Part shown: piece after piece, positions 17,010 through 26,967 of the stretch
How positions within the stretch are numbered: position 1 is the stretch's first letter
Layout: every line of letters starts with the position of its first letter
From: an uncultured bacterium
Lineage (GTDB): Bacteria; Armatimonadota; HRBIN16
Direction: 5' to 3'
Assembly: GCA_964650005.1 (NCBI GenBank)
Contig: CAZYPZ010000023.1
Coordinates: 6,288 to 70,287 of the forward strand
DNA length: 64,000 bases
Translations under genes and position numbers: made by a program
Notes under the pieces: model-generated
The model's input: only the letters and a program-made list of their open reading frames with translations
Database searches by the model: none
Told to the model about the DNA's origin: nothing

Positions 17010-19616
17010 TTACAGCTGGCGTTTCCATTCCGCCAGTTTGAGCAGCGCCTCCACCGGACTGAGCGTATCGATATCCAGTTGTTCCAGCTCGTCCAGTATG
17101 GGGTGACGTTCCAGGTCGAACAGCGTGAGCTGGACGGTTTTTCGCGAGACTTTCACATCGGATCGCGGTTCCGTCTCCGTACGTCCCAACGCACCTCGCT
17201 GTCCGGATTTCTCCAGATCCCGCAGCACTTCTGCGGCGCGAGCAACCATTTCAGGGGGCGCTCCCGCCATGCGGGCCACCTGGATGCCGTAACTGCGGTC
17301 GGTACCGCCGGGCAGGATCTTGTGCAGCCAGATAATCCGGTCACCCTGCTCGCGCACCGTCACCCGGTAGTTGCGTACGGTGGGCGCCTGACTCGCCAGT
17401 TCGTTCAGATAGTGATAGTGTGTGGCGAACAGCGTCTTGCAGCCCACGGCGTTCAGATACTCGGCAACAGACCAGGCGATCGCCAGACCGTCGTAGGTGC
17501 TGGTGCCGCGCCCGATTTCGTCCAGAATCACCAGGCTGCGTTCGGTGGCATGATTGAGGATCTCCGCGGTCTCGGTCATCTCCACCATGAACGTCGATTG
17601 ACCGGTGGCCAACTCGTCATGAGCGCCGACGCGCGTGAAGATGCGGTCCACCAACGGGATGTCCGCGCGCGTGGCGGGTACGAAGCTGCCGATGTGCGCC
17701 ATCAACACGATCAGCGCAGTCTGACGCAGGTAGGTACTCTTGCCGGCCATGTTGGGGCCGGTCAGGATGATCATGCGCTGCGACTCATCCAGCACCACGT
17801 CATTGGGTACGAACGGTGTGGAACTCAGCCGTTCGATGACGGGATGGCGGCCTGCGTCGATCCGCAGCGCATACCCTTCATGCACCTTGGGTCGCACCCA
17901 TCCATAACGTGCAGCGCACTCCGCGAAAGCGCAGATTACGTCGACCTCGGCTAACGCGCGTGCGGCGGCTGTGATCGGATCGGCGTATGTGGTCAACTGC
18001 GAACGCAACTGTTGGAACAGGTCCTGCTCCAACACCGCCGCGCGCTCCTCCGCGCCGGAGATCCGCGCCTCCATCTCTTTCAGTTCCGGAGTGATATAGC
18101 GCTCCGCGTTCGCTGTGGTCTGTTTGCGGATGTAATGATCCGGCACCCGACTCAGGTGTGTCTTGGTGACCTCCAGGTAGTAGCCGAATACGGCGTTGTA
18201 CCCGACTTTGAGTGAGGGAATGCCGGTGGCCTCCCGCTGTTCGGCCTCGAGCGCGGCTATCCATTGGCGCCCCTCGCGCTGGGCGCGTCGAATCTCGTCC
18301 AATTCGGGATGGTAGCCATCGCGGATGATCCCCGGGTCGCGAATGGTGGCGGGTGGTTCATCCGCCAAAGCGCGCGACAGCAGCGCCTCGGGTTCCGGGG
18401 TGATCTGGAGCGCAGCGCACAGACGGGCGATCGGTCCGTTCCCGAAGGCTGTCAGCTCTTGGACGAACTGAGGCAACTCGCGCAGCGAGTCCCGCAATGC
18501 GGCCAGATCGCGCGGTGTGGCGACACCCGTTGCCACCCGGCTGAACAGCCGCTCGATGTCCCCCAGGCGCGACAGCCGCTGACGCGCCGCATCGCGTGCG
18601 ATGGCGTCTCCCAGCGCCTGGGCAACCCCGTCCAGCCGTTCATCGATCGCGTCGACCTCCTGAAGCGGCTCCAGCAACCGGCGACGGAGCAGCCGGGCGC
18701 CCATCGGCGAGCGGGTCAGGTCCAGTACGTCCGCCAGCGTGCCCCGCCGCGAGCCATCGCTCAGCGATCGGGTCAACTCGAGGTTGCGCCGGGCGGTGTT
18801 GTCGAGATTCATAAACCGGTCCACCGAGTAGGTGGACAGCGTGCGGATATGATCCAGCGCCGTGACATGGCTGCGGCGCAGATAACGCAGTACCGTTGCG
18901 GCCGCATCCAGTCCGGCGCTGAACTCCTCACAGCCGTACCCCCGCAGCGAAGCCACGCCGAAGTGCGTCAGCAGATCCTGGCGGCTGGTCGCACCACGGG
19001 GCAGTTCGTCGCGCGGGATCGGGGTGATGGTCGCGCTGGTCGCCTCTTCCAGCGCACGCAGCAGCTCTTCCGCGTCATCGGGAACCAGGCATTCGGCCGG
19101 GCTGAGACGCTGAATCTCCTGAACCAGCCTGAGCAGAGATGTCTGACCGGGGATCTCCGTGGTGAGAAACTCACCGGTGGTGACATCCACTACACCCAAT
19201 CCGGCCAGATCGGTACCGGCAATGGCCGCCACCAGGTAGTTGTTGGCGGAGCTGTCCAGCATGGAGTCTTCCAGCACGGTGCCGGGGGTCAGTACGCGGG
19301 TCACGCGCCGCTTCACCAGCCCCTTCGCCTGTCGCGGATCCTCCACCTGATCGCACAACGCCACCTTGAAGCCCTTAGCCAGCAGCCTTGCGGCATAGCG
19401 CTCGATGGCATGGAACGGCACGCCGGCCATCGGAATGCGGCCGTTCGGTCCATCCTCACGCCCGGTGAGGGTGATCTCCAGTTCGCAGGCGGCGGTCTCC
19501 GCGTCTTCTCCATACAGTTCGAAGAAGTCACCCACGCGCATGAAAAGCAATACTCCCGGATTCTCTTCACGGGTTCGGAAATACTGCTGAAGCATGGGTG
19601 TATGGGCTTTGAACAC
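17010..19616 (-). CDS. mutS: DNA mismatch repair protein MutS
   Basis: N-terminus TPMLQQYFRTREENPGVLLFMRVGDFFELYGEDAE, a Walker A motif and an 868-aa length. Confidence 0.95.
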   Translation of the reverse strand: MFKAHTPMLQQYFRTREENPGVLLFMRVGDFFELYGEDAETAACELEITLTGREDGPNGRIPMAGVPFHAIERYAARLLAKGFKVALCDQVEDPRQAKGLVKRRVTRVLTPGTVLEDSMLDSSANNYLVAAIAGTDLAGLGVVDVTTGEFLTTEIPGQTSLLRLVQEIQRLSPAECLVPDDAEELLRALEEATSATITPIPRDELPRGATSRQDLLTHFGVASLRGYGCEEFSAGLDAAATVLRYLRRSHVTALDHIRTLSTYSVDRFMNLDNTARRNLELTRSLSDGSRRGTLADVLDLTRSPMGARLLRRRLLEPLQEVDAIDERLDGVAQALGDAIARDAARQRLSRLGDIERLFSRVATGVATPRDLAALRDSLRELPQFVQELTAFGNGPIARLCAALQITPEPEALLSRALADEPPATIRDPGIIRDGYHPELDEIRRAQREGRQWIAALEAEQREATGIPSLKVGYNAVFGYYLEVTKTHLSRVPDHYIRKQTTANAERYITPELKEMEARISGAEERAAVLEQDLFQQLRSQLTTYADPITAAARALAEVDVICAFAECAARYGWVRPKVHEGYALRIDAGRHPVIERLSSTPFVPNDVVLDESQRMIILTGPNMAGKSTYLRQTALIVLMAHIGSFVPATRADIPLVDRIFTRVGAHDELATGQSTFMVEMTETAEILNHATERSLVILDEIGRGTSTYDGLAIAWSVAEYLNAVGCKTLFATHYHYLNELASQAPTVRNYRVTVREQGDRIIWLHKILPGGTDRSYGIQVARMAGAPPEMVARAAEVLRDLEKSGQRGALGRTETEPRSDVKVSRKTVQLTLFDLERHPILDELEQLDIDTLSPVEALLKLAEWKRQL

Positions 19617-20080
19617 GCGTCATCCCCCCTCCGGTGTGGTCCTATACCAGTTTACATAAGCCTTCCGGATCACCGCCGATGATGGCGTTGTCGACTCCTG
19701 GCGAGGCCGCGCATGGGGTGTTGATTCGGAACGACAGCAGTACGGATTCGTTAATCTGGATCGAGCGCCTGTGTGCGGGAGGGGCGTCGTCTGGCACACT
19801 AATTGATTTCAAATATGCGGCAGGTCAGAGCGCACCATTGATGTACAACGGCATTAAATCGATGTGCCGTGGCTTACAGGAAAATCCGGCCAAAATGTTG
19901 GCAAATCGCCGGTTCTTCAAGGCCGTGACCCTTGACAAACGGTGCGTTCCCTGTTCCATAGTATAGGTGAGGTCAGAAGGACGTCACTCACGGATCGGGA
20001 TGTCCAGGGTGCCCAGTGGTCACCAGTCCGGTCTGGCCCATCCGTCCTTACCAACATCAAGGATAGAGGAGGCTACACAC

Positions 20081-20437
20081 ATGTCACGCACAATGCGTCT
20101 CTCGATCCGCGCGTTCACGCTGGTCGAAATCATGATCGTCGTGCTGGTGATCGGCATCCTGCTGGCGATCGCGATCCCCAACTTCAACAAGGCCCGCGAG
20201 AATTCGCAGACCAAAGCCTGTATCGCCAACCTGAAGCAGATCGCTTCGGCCAAGGAGCAGTGGGCGATCGACAACAAGAAGGGCGCTACCGATACTCCCA
20301 CCGCGGATGACCTTTACGGCAGTGGTAAGTACATTCAGAACACTCCGCAGTGTCCAACCAGTGGAACCTATACGATTGGGAACATGAGCACCGCGCCCAC
20401 CTGTTCGGCCGCCGGGCACTCGCTCGCTACGCCCTAG
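20081..20437 (+). CDS. Type IV pilin / GspG-like pseudopilin (118 aa)
   Basis: GGAGG RBS then ATG at 20081. AFTLVEIMIVVLVIGILLAIAIPNF class III signal peptide. Four Cys residues. Start corrected from the track's 19967. Confidence 0.85.
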   Translation: MSRTMRLSIRAFTLVEIMIVVLVIGILLAIAIPNFNKARENSQTKACIANLKQIASAKEQWAIDNKKGATDTPTADDLYGSGKYIQNTPQCPTSGTYTIGNMSTAPTCSAAGHSLATP

Positions 20438-20529
20438 CGCAGTACCATTTACGATCTTTGTACTTTGTGCAGAGCGGCCTGATTTCAGGCCGCTCTCATC
20501 GCCTTCAATCTGAACACGGAGGCACGCCG

Positions 20530-20964
20530 ATGAACGGCAGAGGGTTTACGGTCGCTGAATTGATGCTGACCGTCGGTCTGCTGGGCGTGCTGGTGTTGGC
20601 TTACGCGGCCCTGATGCCGGCAGGAATCCGCACCGGCGCTCATGCCAGCCGGCGGCAAGTCGCCACCGAGATCGCGCAGAGCGTGCTGGAACGCACCCGG
20701 CTGGCCGGGTACAACAACATGACGTACGAGGGACTACGGCAATACGGTCTGATCGCCGATGTTCCGCAAACATCTCCCTTCACCCTGTCCACCGCCGGTC
20801 CTGCCACGCTTAACCCTTCGTTAGTGCTTCCTCAGGGGTCGGGAACCATCCAAGTCGAGGATGTCAGTTTCGATGTTCGCCGTGTCACCGTGACCATCCG
20901 CTGGCGGGACCCGAACAGCCCGGCGCGGTCGGTGGTGATGGCGACGTTGGTGACGAACGAATGA
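20530..20964 (+). CDS. Prepilin-type N-terminal cleavage/methylation domain protein (minor pilin, 144 aa)
   Basis: GGAGG RBS, then MNGRGFTVAELMLTVGLLGVL. Start corrected to 20530. Confidence 0.8.
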   Translation: MNGRGFTVAELMLTVGLLGVLVLAYAALMPAGIRTGAHASRRQVATEIAQSVLERTRLAGYNNMTYEGLRQYGLIADVPQTSPFTLSTAGPATLNPSLVLPQGSGTIQVEDVSFDVRRVTVTIRWRDPNSPARSVVMATLVTNE

Positions 20965-21530
20965 ACGCCGTACGCTCTCTACATATCCGACGCAGACGGC
21001 TGGGGTTGACCATGGTGGAGCTGCTGATCGCCGTGGGGATCACCATCGGGATCGCGTTTGGCGCTATGACTCTGTTCAGCAGCGCCTCGCAGTTGCTGGT
21101 GCGCGGTTCCACCGATGTGGACAACGACACCGCACTGGCGCTGGCGATGGCGCGCATCTCCACAGAGATCCGATCCGCGATCCTGATTCAGGTCAACGAC
21201 ACGGGCACAACGCTCACCTATTGGGTGCCGGTGCTGGATTCGAACGGTGTGCCGGTGATCCCGATGCAGATGTCGCCTACCGCACGCAGTTTTCAGGTGA
21301 GCAATGGACGGTTGATCTGGTCACAGCGACCGAACACACCGCTGCTGACCGGGCTGGTATCGACCGATCCTGAGACGGGACAGACCGTGAGGCCTTTTGT
21401 GAATCCATTTGGTGACGCCGCGATGCGCTGTGTGGACGTCAACCTGGTGATGCGGGTGGTTCCTGCCGTGGGCCCGGCGCGGGTTGCCCGGCTGCATGGC
21501 TCGTACATGCCCAGAAACCAGGCGGACTGA
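20961..21530 (+). CDS. Prepilin-type minor pilin (189 aa)
   Basis: LGLTMVELLIAVGITIGIAF hydrophobic N-terminus with the conserved Glu. ATGA overlap with the upstream gene. Confidence 0.7.
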   Translation: MNAVRSLHIRRRRLGLTMVELLIAVGITIGIAFGAMTLFSSASQLLVRGSTDVDNDTALALAMARISTEIRSAILIQVNDTGTTLTYWVPVLDSNGVPVIPMQMSPTARSFQVSNGRLIWSQRPNTPLLTGLVSTDPETGQTVRPFVNPFGDAAMRCVDVNLVMRVVPAVGPARVARLHGSYMPRNQAD

Positions 21531-21544
21531 GAGGAGGCTGCGCC

Positions 21545-23416
21545 ATGCGCCACAGGGGATCCTCATTGATCGTCGTCCTGATCTTTCTGTTTCTGCTGTT
21601 CTCCTTGGGGGTTGTGCTGGTCAACTATTCCACAACGAGTTTGCGGCGCGTGTATCGGCATGAACAGGAGCTGCAGGCGCTGTTCGCCGCAGAGGGCGGA
21701 CTGCGTATCCAGCGGCTGGCGCTATGGAGACCGTTCCGCATCAGCCAGGATTTGGGGGCCGTCGATCAGGCTTTCAGCGGCGCCAGCGAGAGTTCGCCCG
21801 CCAATCCGCTCACCGATGCGGTGTCACCCAAGGTGCGCTATGCGTCCGGGGTGATTTCGTATCAAAGTACCGATCAGTTCATGCGGCGTATTACCATTCG
21901 TTCGGTCGGGTGGGTGGATCTGAACGACAACCAGGTGCTCGATGCCGGCGAGATCCGGGTGGTGCTCGATGATACGTTGGACATGGGGCTGCCACGCTCC
22001 CGTGTATTCGATTACGCCTATTTTGCCAACAACTACGGCTGGTTTTACGGGTTGACAGACACCACACTGGTGGTTGCCGGGGATGTGCGCGCCAACGGAG
22101 ACATGGAGATCCGGCCATCGGGAACCGGATCGGGTGGACGGTTCAACGGCAGCCTGGTGGCGGCCGCGAACAACAAGCTGGATCCGCCCGCAAGCGGCAC
22201 CGTGACGGGTGTGGCGAGTTTTGCCACGACTTCATCATATGTAACCACAACCAACTCCGAACCGCGATGGCGTCCCGGATACACCAGCAAAGTGTTCGGG
22301 ACCAAGGGCGCCGAAACATGGGAAGCTTGGCGTGATGTGATCTACGATGCGGACGCCGCGTTGATCAACGGTCGGATCACCGGTGCGACACTGTATGACA
22401 CCTATGGCACGCGGAAGCGGGACAACACGATGCTGGATCCGCGCCCGTCGCGCGAAGAGTTGATGCCGGATCTGTCTGACATATCCTACTACGAGCAGCT
22501 GTCGCGTGCTTACGTGGATAACAAGACGACCTGGAAAGACGGCACGCCCAACCCGAACAGCGCTCTGCCGGCGTACATCGATGTGTGGAACTCAACTACC
22601 AACGGCTGGGATCGTTTGACCAGCGCCGGGGTGGCCAACAGCTCACTGGTGCTGATCGGTACAGACACCAAACCGATCCGGGTGCACGGCCCGGTCACCG
22701 TCAAAGGCGATGTGATCATCAAAGGCGTGGTCGAAGGGCAGGGCACGATCTACACGGAGCGAAACGTACATATCGTGGGCGACATCATCTACAAGAACCC
22801 CCCGGACTTCCGCCAAAACAGCCCGGTGTCACTCGATGCGACCAATGAGAACCGCACCATTCTGGGTTTGGCCGCCCGAGGCAGCATCATCATGGGAAGC
22901 ACCAAAGAGATGCTTTCCAAAGCGGGGCAGTATATGAAGCCGCCCTTCACCAAACGGCGGAAGAACTACGACGGCACGTGGATCCCGGCGTATGACGGCA
23001 CACAAACCGATTCCTGGGGATTTAAACGGTATCAGACGATCTACAAGCCACCGGGATTTACCGGGACCACGGACGACTATATCGATTCACTGATGGCGAT
23101 CTATGACAGCAAAGGGAACGTCACTGACTTGGAGCGCCCGGCGCAGATCGATGCGATCCTGTACACGAACAATCTGATCGGCGGCTATGTGGGCCGGAAG
23201 AGCGGCTCCACCACCGTGTTCACCGTGAACGGCACGTATATCTGTAAAGATGAGGCGACTGTACCCGTCTCAGGGACACGCACCCGGTTCATATGGGACA
23301 TGCGGATCCGGGATCGCGGACCCAACCGTCCGCCGATCATCGACTTGGATTTGCCACGGGCGCCGTCTCTTCAAAAGCAGCCATGGCGCGTGCAGTATAC
23401 GGGTACCGGATCATGA
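21545..23416 (+). CDS. Large PilX/GspK-like pilus tip/minor pilin-associated protein (623 aa)
   Basis: GAGGAGG RBS. N-terminus RGSSLIVVLIFLFLLFSLGVV is GspK/PilX-like. The rest is a large Gly/Thr/Asn-rich beta-like extracellular region. Confidence 0.6.
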   Translation: MRHRGSSLIVVLIFLFLLFSLGVVLVNYSTTSLRRVYRHEQELQALFAAEGGLRIQRLALWRPFRISQDLGAVDQAFSGASESSPANPLTDAVSPKVRYASGVISYQSTDQFMRRITIRSVGWVDLNDNQVLDAGEIRVVLDDTLDMGLPRSRVFDYAYFANNYGWFYGLTDTTLVVAGDVRANGDMEIRPSGTGSGGRFNGSLVAAANNKLDPPASGTVTGVASFATTSSYVTTTNSEPRWRPGYTSKVFGTKGAETWEAWRDVIYDADAALINGRITGATLYDTYGTRKRDNTMLDPRPSREELMPDLSDISYYEQLSRAYVDNKTTWKDGTPNPNSALPAYIDVWNSTTNGWDRLTSAGVANSSLVLIGTDTKPIRVHGPVTVKGDVIIKGVVEGQGTIYTERNVHIVGDIIYKNPPDFRQNSPVSLDATNENRTILGLAARGSIIMGSTKEMLSKAGQYMKPPFTKRRKNYDGTWIPAYDGTQTDSWGFKRYQTIYKPPGFTGTTDDYIDSLMAIYDSKGNVTDLERPAQIDAILYTNNLIGGYVGRKSGSTTVFTVNGTYICKDEATVPVSGTRTRFIWDMRIRDRGPNRPPIIDLDLPRAPSLQKQPWRVQYTGTGS

Positions 23417-23904
23417 CGGGTTATCGCCATTTGTTCACATCCGCCGCGTTGTGCATGTTGCTCGCTGCCTCCGGCCTGGCGTTGATCCCCGAGCCGCGCG
23501 ACAGTGTGGAGCGCAGCGAGGCGATGCGTCTGTACCAAGAGCGCGCCAGTCAACCCGACGACGAACGGATACCACCGGCGCCTCCGGCCAATCGGGCCGG
23601 CGGCGCCACGACAGCACGTGATGCGCTGGCGCAGGTGAACAACGCCGCACGCGGTGACCAGCAGCGCGCCGAAGCGGCGCTGATCACCGCCACGCGGCAA
23701 ATGAAACCGCAGCCGGTCTGGCGCCGTTGGTTGACTCCGGTGCTGGGCTTTCTGGTGATTGCCGCACTGGCAGCAGGAGCTGTTTGGGCGTTCTGGCGAC
23801 GTCAGACACAACTGACTCGCGCCATGTTGAGCGAACGTTTGGAGCAGGGGAGACGCGAGGCGCAGTCTCTGAAGGCCGCCAGGCGCAACCCGCCGGAGCG
23901 CTAG
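23413..23904 (+). CDS. Bitopic membrane protein of unknown function in the T4P cluster (164 aa)
   Basis: The ATG at 23413 overlaps the upstream TGA. It has an N-terminal signal/anchor and a C-terminal TM helix. Confidence 0.5.
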   Translation: MTGYRHLFTSAALCMLLAASGLALIPEPRDSVERSEAMRLYQERASQPDDERIPPAPPANRAGGATTARDALAQVNNAARGDQQRAEAALITATRQMKPQPVWRRWLTPVLGFLVIAALAAGAVWAFWRRQTQLTRAMLSERLEQGRREAQSLKAARRNPPER

Positions 23905-24004
23905 TGGCGCTTCGGTTTTGGGTATGGCGTCATTACGCCCTCACACCGTACAATGTCACCGGGACGCGGTCGCCTGATCCGCGTCAGACGGGAGTGATGG
24001 CGCG

Positions 24005-25189
24005 ATGAGAATACCGGCGACAGTCGGCGTGGACATCGGCAGCGCACTCATCAAAGTCGCCTGTCTGGAGGCGTTGCGAGGCGGGTGGAGGCTTGTCGGT
24101 ATCGGTCGGTGTCCCACCCCCCCGGACAGCGTACGCGATGGGGTTGTCATCAACATCGATGAGGTTTCCCGGGCGTTGCGTCAGCTGCTGCAACGCGAGG
24201 GGCTTCGTCTCTCCGCGGGGGTTGCCGCTGTGGCAGCACCCCAAATGGTTGTGCGTCAAATCACGGTTCCCCGAATGCCCGAGGCTACCCTTCGCCGCTC
24301 GATGCCCCTGGAGTGCGGCAAATACGTGTCTCTGCCCGTAGATGAGGTCGTGCTCGGTTGGGAGGAGATAACCAACCCGGATCGGACCATCCCGGAAGAT
24401 CAGACCAACATGGAGCTCATCCTTACCGCTGCGCCGAAAGATCTGGTGAACTCTCACGCTCAGACGCTGCGCAACGCGGGTTTGGACCCTCTGGCTGTCG
24501 ATACGCAGCCGTTCGCACTGCATCGCGCCTTGTTTGAACTGACTGACGTGGACCGGAGCGATGATGAGCCGCGGGCCATCCTGGATATAGGCCGCTGCCT
24601 ATCCACCTTGATGATTTACTGCACGGGAGCGCCCATTGTGGTGCGCACCGTGAATATCGCCCAAGAGTCATTCGAGGCCGCGGCTATCGGTGTTTTGGGT
24701 AAGGATCCCGCGGCGCTGGACCGATTCCTGAAATCGGCTGATCTGGGAACGCTGTTGCAACGCCGAAGTTCCGGCGAGGCATTGTCACCGCTGCAGCCGG
24801 ACGAGGCGGACACTGCCGGTCTGACCGAAACGGATGAGCAGCTGGCGGTGCGTGCGTTGCACGCGTACCGCCAAGGGATCGATGAACTGTTGCGGGAGGT
24901 GAGGCGATCACTGCAGTTCTATCAGTCCCAGCTTCCTGACGGCTCAGGTCCGCAGGTGACCACATTGTGGATCGCTGGTGGAGGCTGCAGTCTGCCCGGT
25001 TTCGACGCATACGCCGGGGCGCGGCTGGGCATCGAAGTTCAACGGGCGCGTGTTCTAGATCAATCGGCGCTGGACTCCGGCGGATTGGGCGCTGTGGATA
25101 GAGAACAATACAACTCTCTGGTCGGAGTCGCCCTGGGATGCGCCATGCACACCACTGTCAGCGCATCACGCGCCGGCGGGAGCGCCTGA
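24005..25189 (+). CDS. pilM: Type IV pilus assembly protein PilM
   Basis: VGVDIGSALIKVACLE actin-like ATPase fold N-terminus, 394 aa. Confidence 0.9.
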   Translation: MRIPATVGVDIGSALIKVACLEALRGGWRLVGIGRCPTPPDSVRDGVVINIDEVSRALRQLLQREGLRLSAGVAAVAAPQMVVRQITVPRMPEATLRRSMPLECGKYVSLPVDEVVLGWEEITNPDRTIPEDQTNMELILTAAPKDLVNSHAQTLRNAGLDPLAVDTQPFALHRALFELTDVDRSDDEPRAILDIGRCLSTLMIYCTGAPIVVRTVNIAQESFEAAAIGVLGKDPAALDRFLKSADLGTLLQRRSSGEALSPLQPDEADTAGLTETDEQLAVRALHAYRQGIDELLREVRRSLQFYQSQLPDGSGPQVTTLWIAGGGCSLPGFDAYAGARLGIEVQRARVLDQSALDSGGLGAVDREQYNSLVGVALGCAMHTTVSASRAGGSA

Positions 25190-25190
25190 C

Positions 25191-25763
25191 ATGCCGCTTG
25201 TCAACCTGATCGCCGAAGAGCGCCGCAGACGGGTCCAGCAGGAGCGCGTCAAACGGGTGTTGTTTGTGGTGCTGCTGATCGAGATGGCCGCCGTGGTCCT
25301 AGCGATCACCTCGGTGCTGATTGCGAATGTGGTGCTTCAGGGGGATATCGCAGCGGGCCAGGCGCAAATACGGGAGTTGGAGCCGCGGCTTCAGGAGGTC
25401 AAACAGGCCGAACGCCAACTGGCGCAACTGGCGCCGCGTCTGGACACGTTGAAAACCGCTCGGGAGCGCACGTTGCGCTGGGTGGGGCTCTTGGGCGCAG
25501 TCGCCCGCGCCACTCCCGATGAACTCTGGCTGACCGGCCTGCAGGCGGAAGCGCCGGACAAGGATGGCAACCAGCGATTGGTCATTACTGGGACTGCGTC
25601 GGAGCAGCGTGTGATCGGTGATTTCATGCTGGCGCTGAACCCACGCTTTCAAAAGGTCGATCTGCAGTACACCCAGAAGCGCATGGTGCGCGACAAGGAC
25701 GCGGTGGACTTTGAACTGTACGCCCAGATCGAGCCGACCAAGAAACCTGAGGCGCCGAAATGA
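25191..25763 (+). CDS. pilN: Type IV pilus assembly protein PilN
   Basis: NLIAEERRRR followed by a single TM helix; 2 bp after pilM. Confidence 0.8.
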   Translation: MPLVNLIAEERRRRVQQERVKRVLFVVLLIEMAAVVLAITSVLIANVVLQGDIAAGQAQIRELEPRLQEVKQAERQLAQLAPRLDTLKTARERTLRWVGLLGAVARATPDELWLTGLQAEAPDKDGNQRLVITGTASEQRVIGDFMLALNPRFQKVDLQYTQKRMVRDKDAVDFELYAQIEPTKKPEAPK

Positions 25764-26377
25764 AGCGGCTTGCCGGTCTGTTCAATCCCCGGATGGAGCA
25801 GCGCGTGTTGGCGTTGCTTGTTGCCCTGATTGCATTGGGCGGCGCGGGGATTCTGTATGCGCAGATCATGCATCGAAACGCACTGATGGAACGGATGACC
25901 GAGATCGACAAGAAACTGGAGAGCTACCGCAGTGCGTCGGTGCAGTTGAAACACGCGCAGGACGAACTGCGTAACGCCCAAGACGAATTGCGTTTCTTGG
26001 AAAAATCGGTCAGTGAAAAGGCGTTTGTGCCCACGTTGCTAAAGCAGCTGGAAGACGCCGCCCGCAGGCACCAGTTGACGGTACAGTCCGTACGGCTCCA
26101 AACGCCGCCTGCACAGACCACGGCCGCACAATCCACCGAGGGAGATAAGACAGAGCAGAAGGAGTACGACGAACAGCCGATCGAGATATCGGTCAGTGGG
26201 CGGTACACGAACATCATGCAATTTCTGGACGGACTCAGCCGGTTTCCCAAGATCGTGGCCGTGGACCGCGTGCAGCTGCGTCCCAAGCCGCGTGATTACC
26301 GATATGACCCTGTTCAGTTGGATTTCACCATCAGTGTCACGGCGTTCATTTTCCGTAACCAGGGAGGCTCCCGGTGA
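25760..26377 (+). CDS. pilO: Type IV pilus assembly protein PilO
   Basis: N-terminal TM helix, coiled coil, and genomic position. Confidence 0.7.
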   Translation: MKRLAGLFNPRMEQRVLALLVALIALGGAGILYAQIMHRNALMERMTEIDKKLESYRSASVQLKHAQDELRNAQDELRFLEKSVSEKAFVPTLLKQLEDAARRHQLTVQSVRLQTPPAQTTAAQSTEGDKTEQKEYDEQPIEISVSGRYTNIMQFLDGLSRFPKIVAVDRVQLRPKPRDYRYDPVQLDFTISVTAFIFRNQGGSR

Positions 26378-26967
26378 ACGGCGACCCGAAACAACAGAAA
26401 CAGGTGCTTATTCTTTTGCTGCTGTTCGTTGCTTTGGGCGCGGTTGTCTACTTCAATATGTTCGCCGGTTCAGGTGGCCCGGAACCGGGAGTGAAGCCGA
26501 TTGCTCAGGTCGGCGCGACTCAGGATACCAATACGCCCGATGGACGGGTGATCACTCAAACAGGGCGCGGCCGGCGTGACCCGTTTCAGCCGCCAATGGC
26601 GTATGATGAGGTGGAACGCGAACGGCCTGTCGAGCCTCCGATCAGCCGCCCAAACCGGCCTGGACCCCGCAAGCATGTGTCGGTGAATAACATCGCACCG
26701 GCGCCCGGGTTGCCGGTATTGCCCCCGGCAACTGTGGTTCAGGCTGAGCCGTCCGAACCGCCTGCACTGCGTATTACGGGGGTGGTGCTGGGAGATCGTC
26801 CTCTGGCAATCGTTGCCTCGCCGGAAGGGGACAATCTGGTGGAGAAGGGACAGACGCTGGCCGGCGGATATCGGCTGGCCGAAATCCATGCCGATCGTGT
26901 TGTTGTGGTACGTGGAGGCCGGCGCTACGCCATACCTGTAGGAGGTCCTGACACCGATGACCGTTAA
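26374..26967 (+). CDS. pilP: Type IV pilus assembly protein PilP-like
   Basis: Pro-rich linker plus a C-terminal beta domain; lies between pilO and pilQ. Confidence 0.6.
   Translation: MNGDPKQQKQVLILLLLFVALGAVVYFNMFAGSGGPEPGVKPIAQVGATQDTNTPDGRVITQTGRGRRDPFQPPMAYDEVERERPVEPPISRPNRPGPRKHVSVNNIAPAPGLPVLPPATVVQAEPSEPPALRITGVVLGDRPLAIVASPEGDNLVEKGQTLAGGYRLAEIHADRVVVVRGGRRYAIPVGGPDTDDR

Noticed and set aside
18264-19682. 472-aa plus-strand ORF antisense to mutS
   Set aside because: It is a shadow ORF typical of high-GC DNA. The minus-strand MutS has unmistakable motifs and this ORF has no recognisable domains.
19780-19810. Possible sigma-54 promoter (TGGCACactaaTTGAT) upstream of pilin
   Set aside because: The -12 element is TTGA rather than TTGC, so the GG/GC pair is not satisfied.
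19634-19966. 110-aa plus-strand ORF in the pilin upstream region
   Set aside because: It lies in an AT-rich leader or promoter region, has no RBS and does not look protein-like. The region is more likely regulatory.
19880-19975. Possible c-di-GMP-I (GEMM) riboswitch because of a GGCAAA box upstream of pilin
   Set aside because: The flanking helices are not complementary and the conserved GACGCAAAGCC element is absent.
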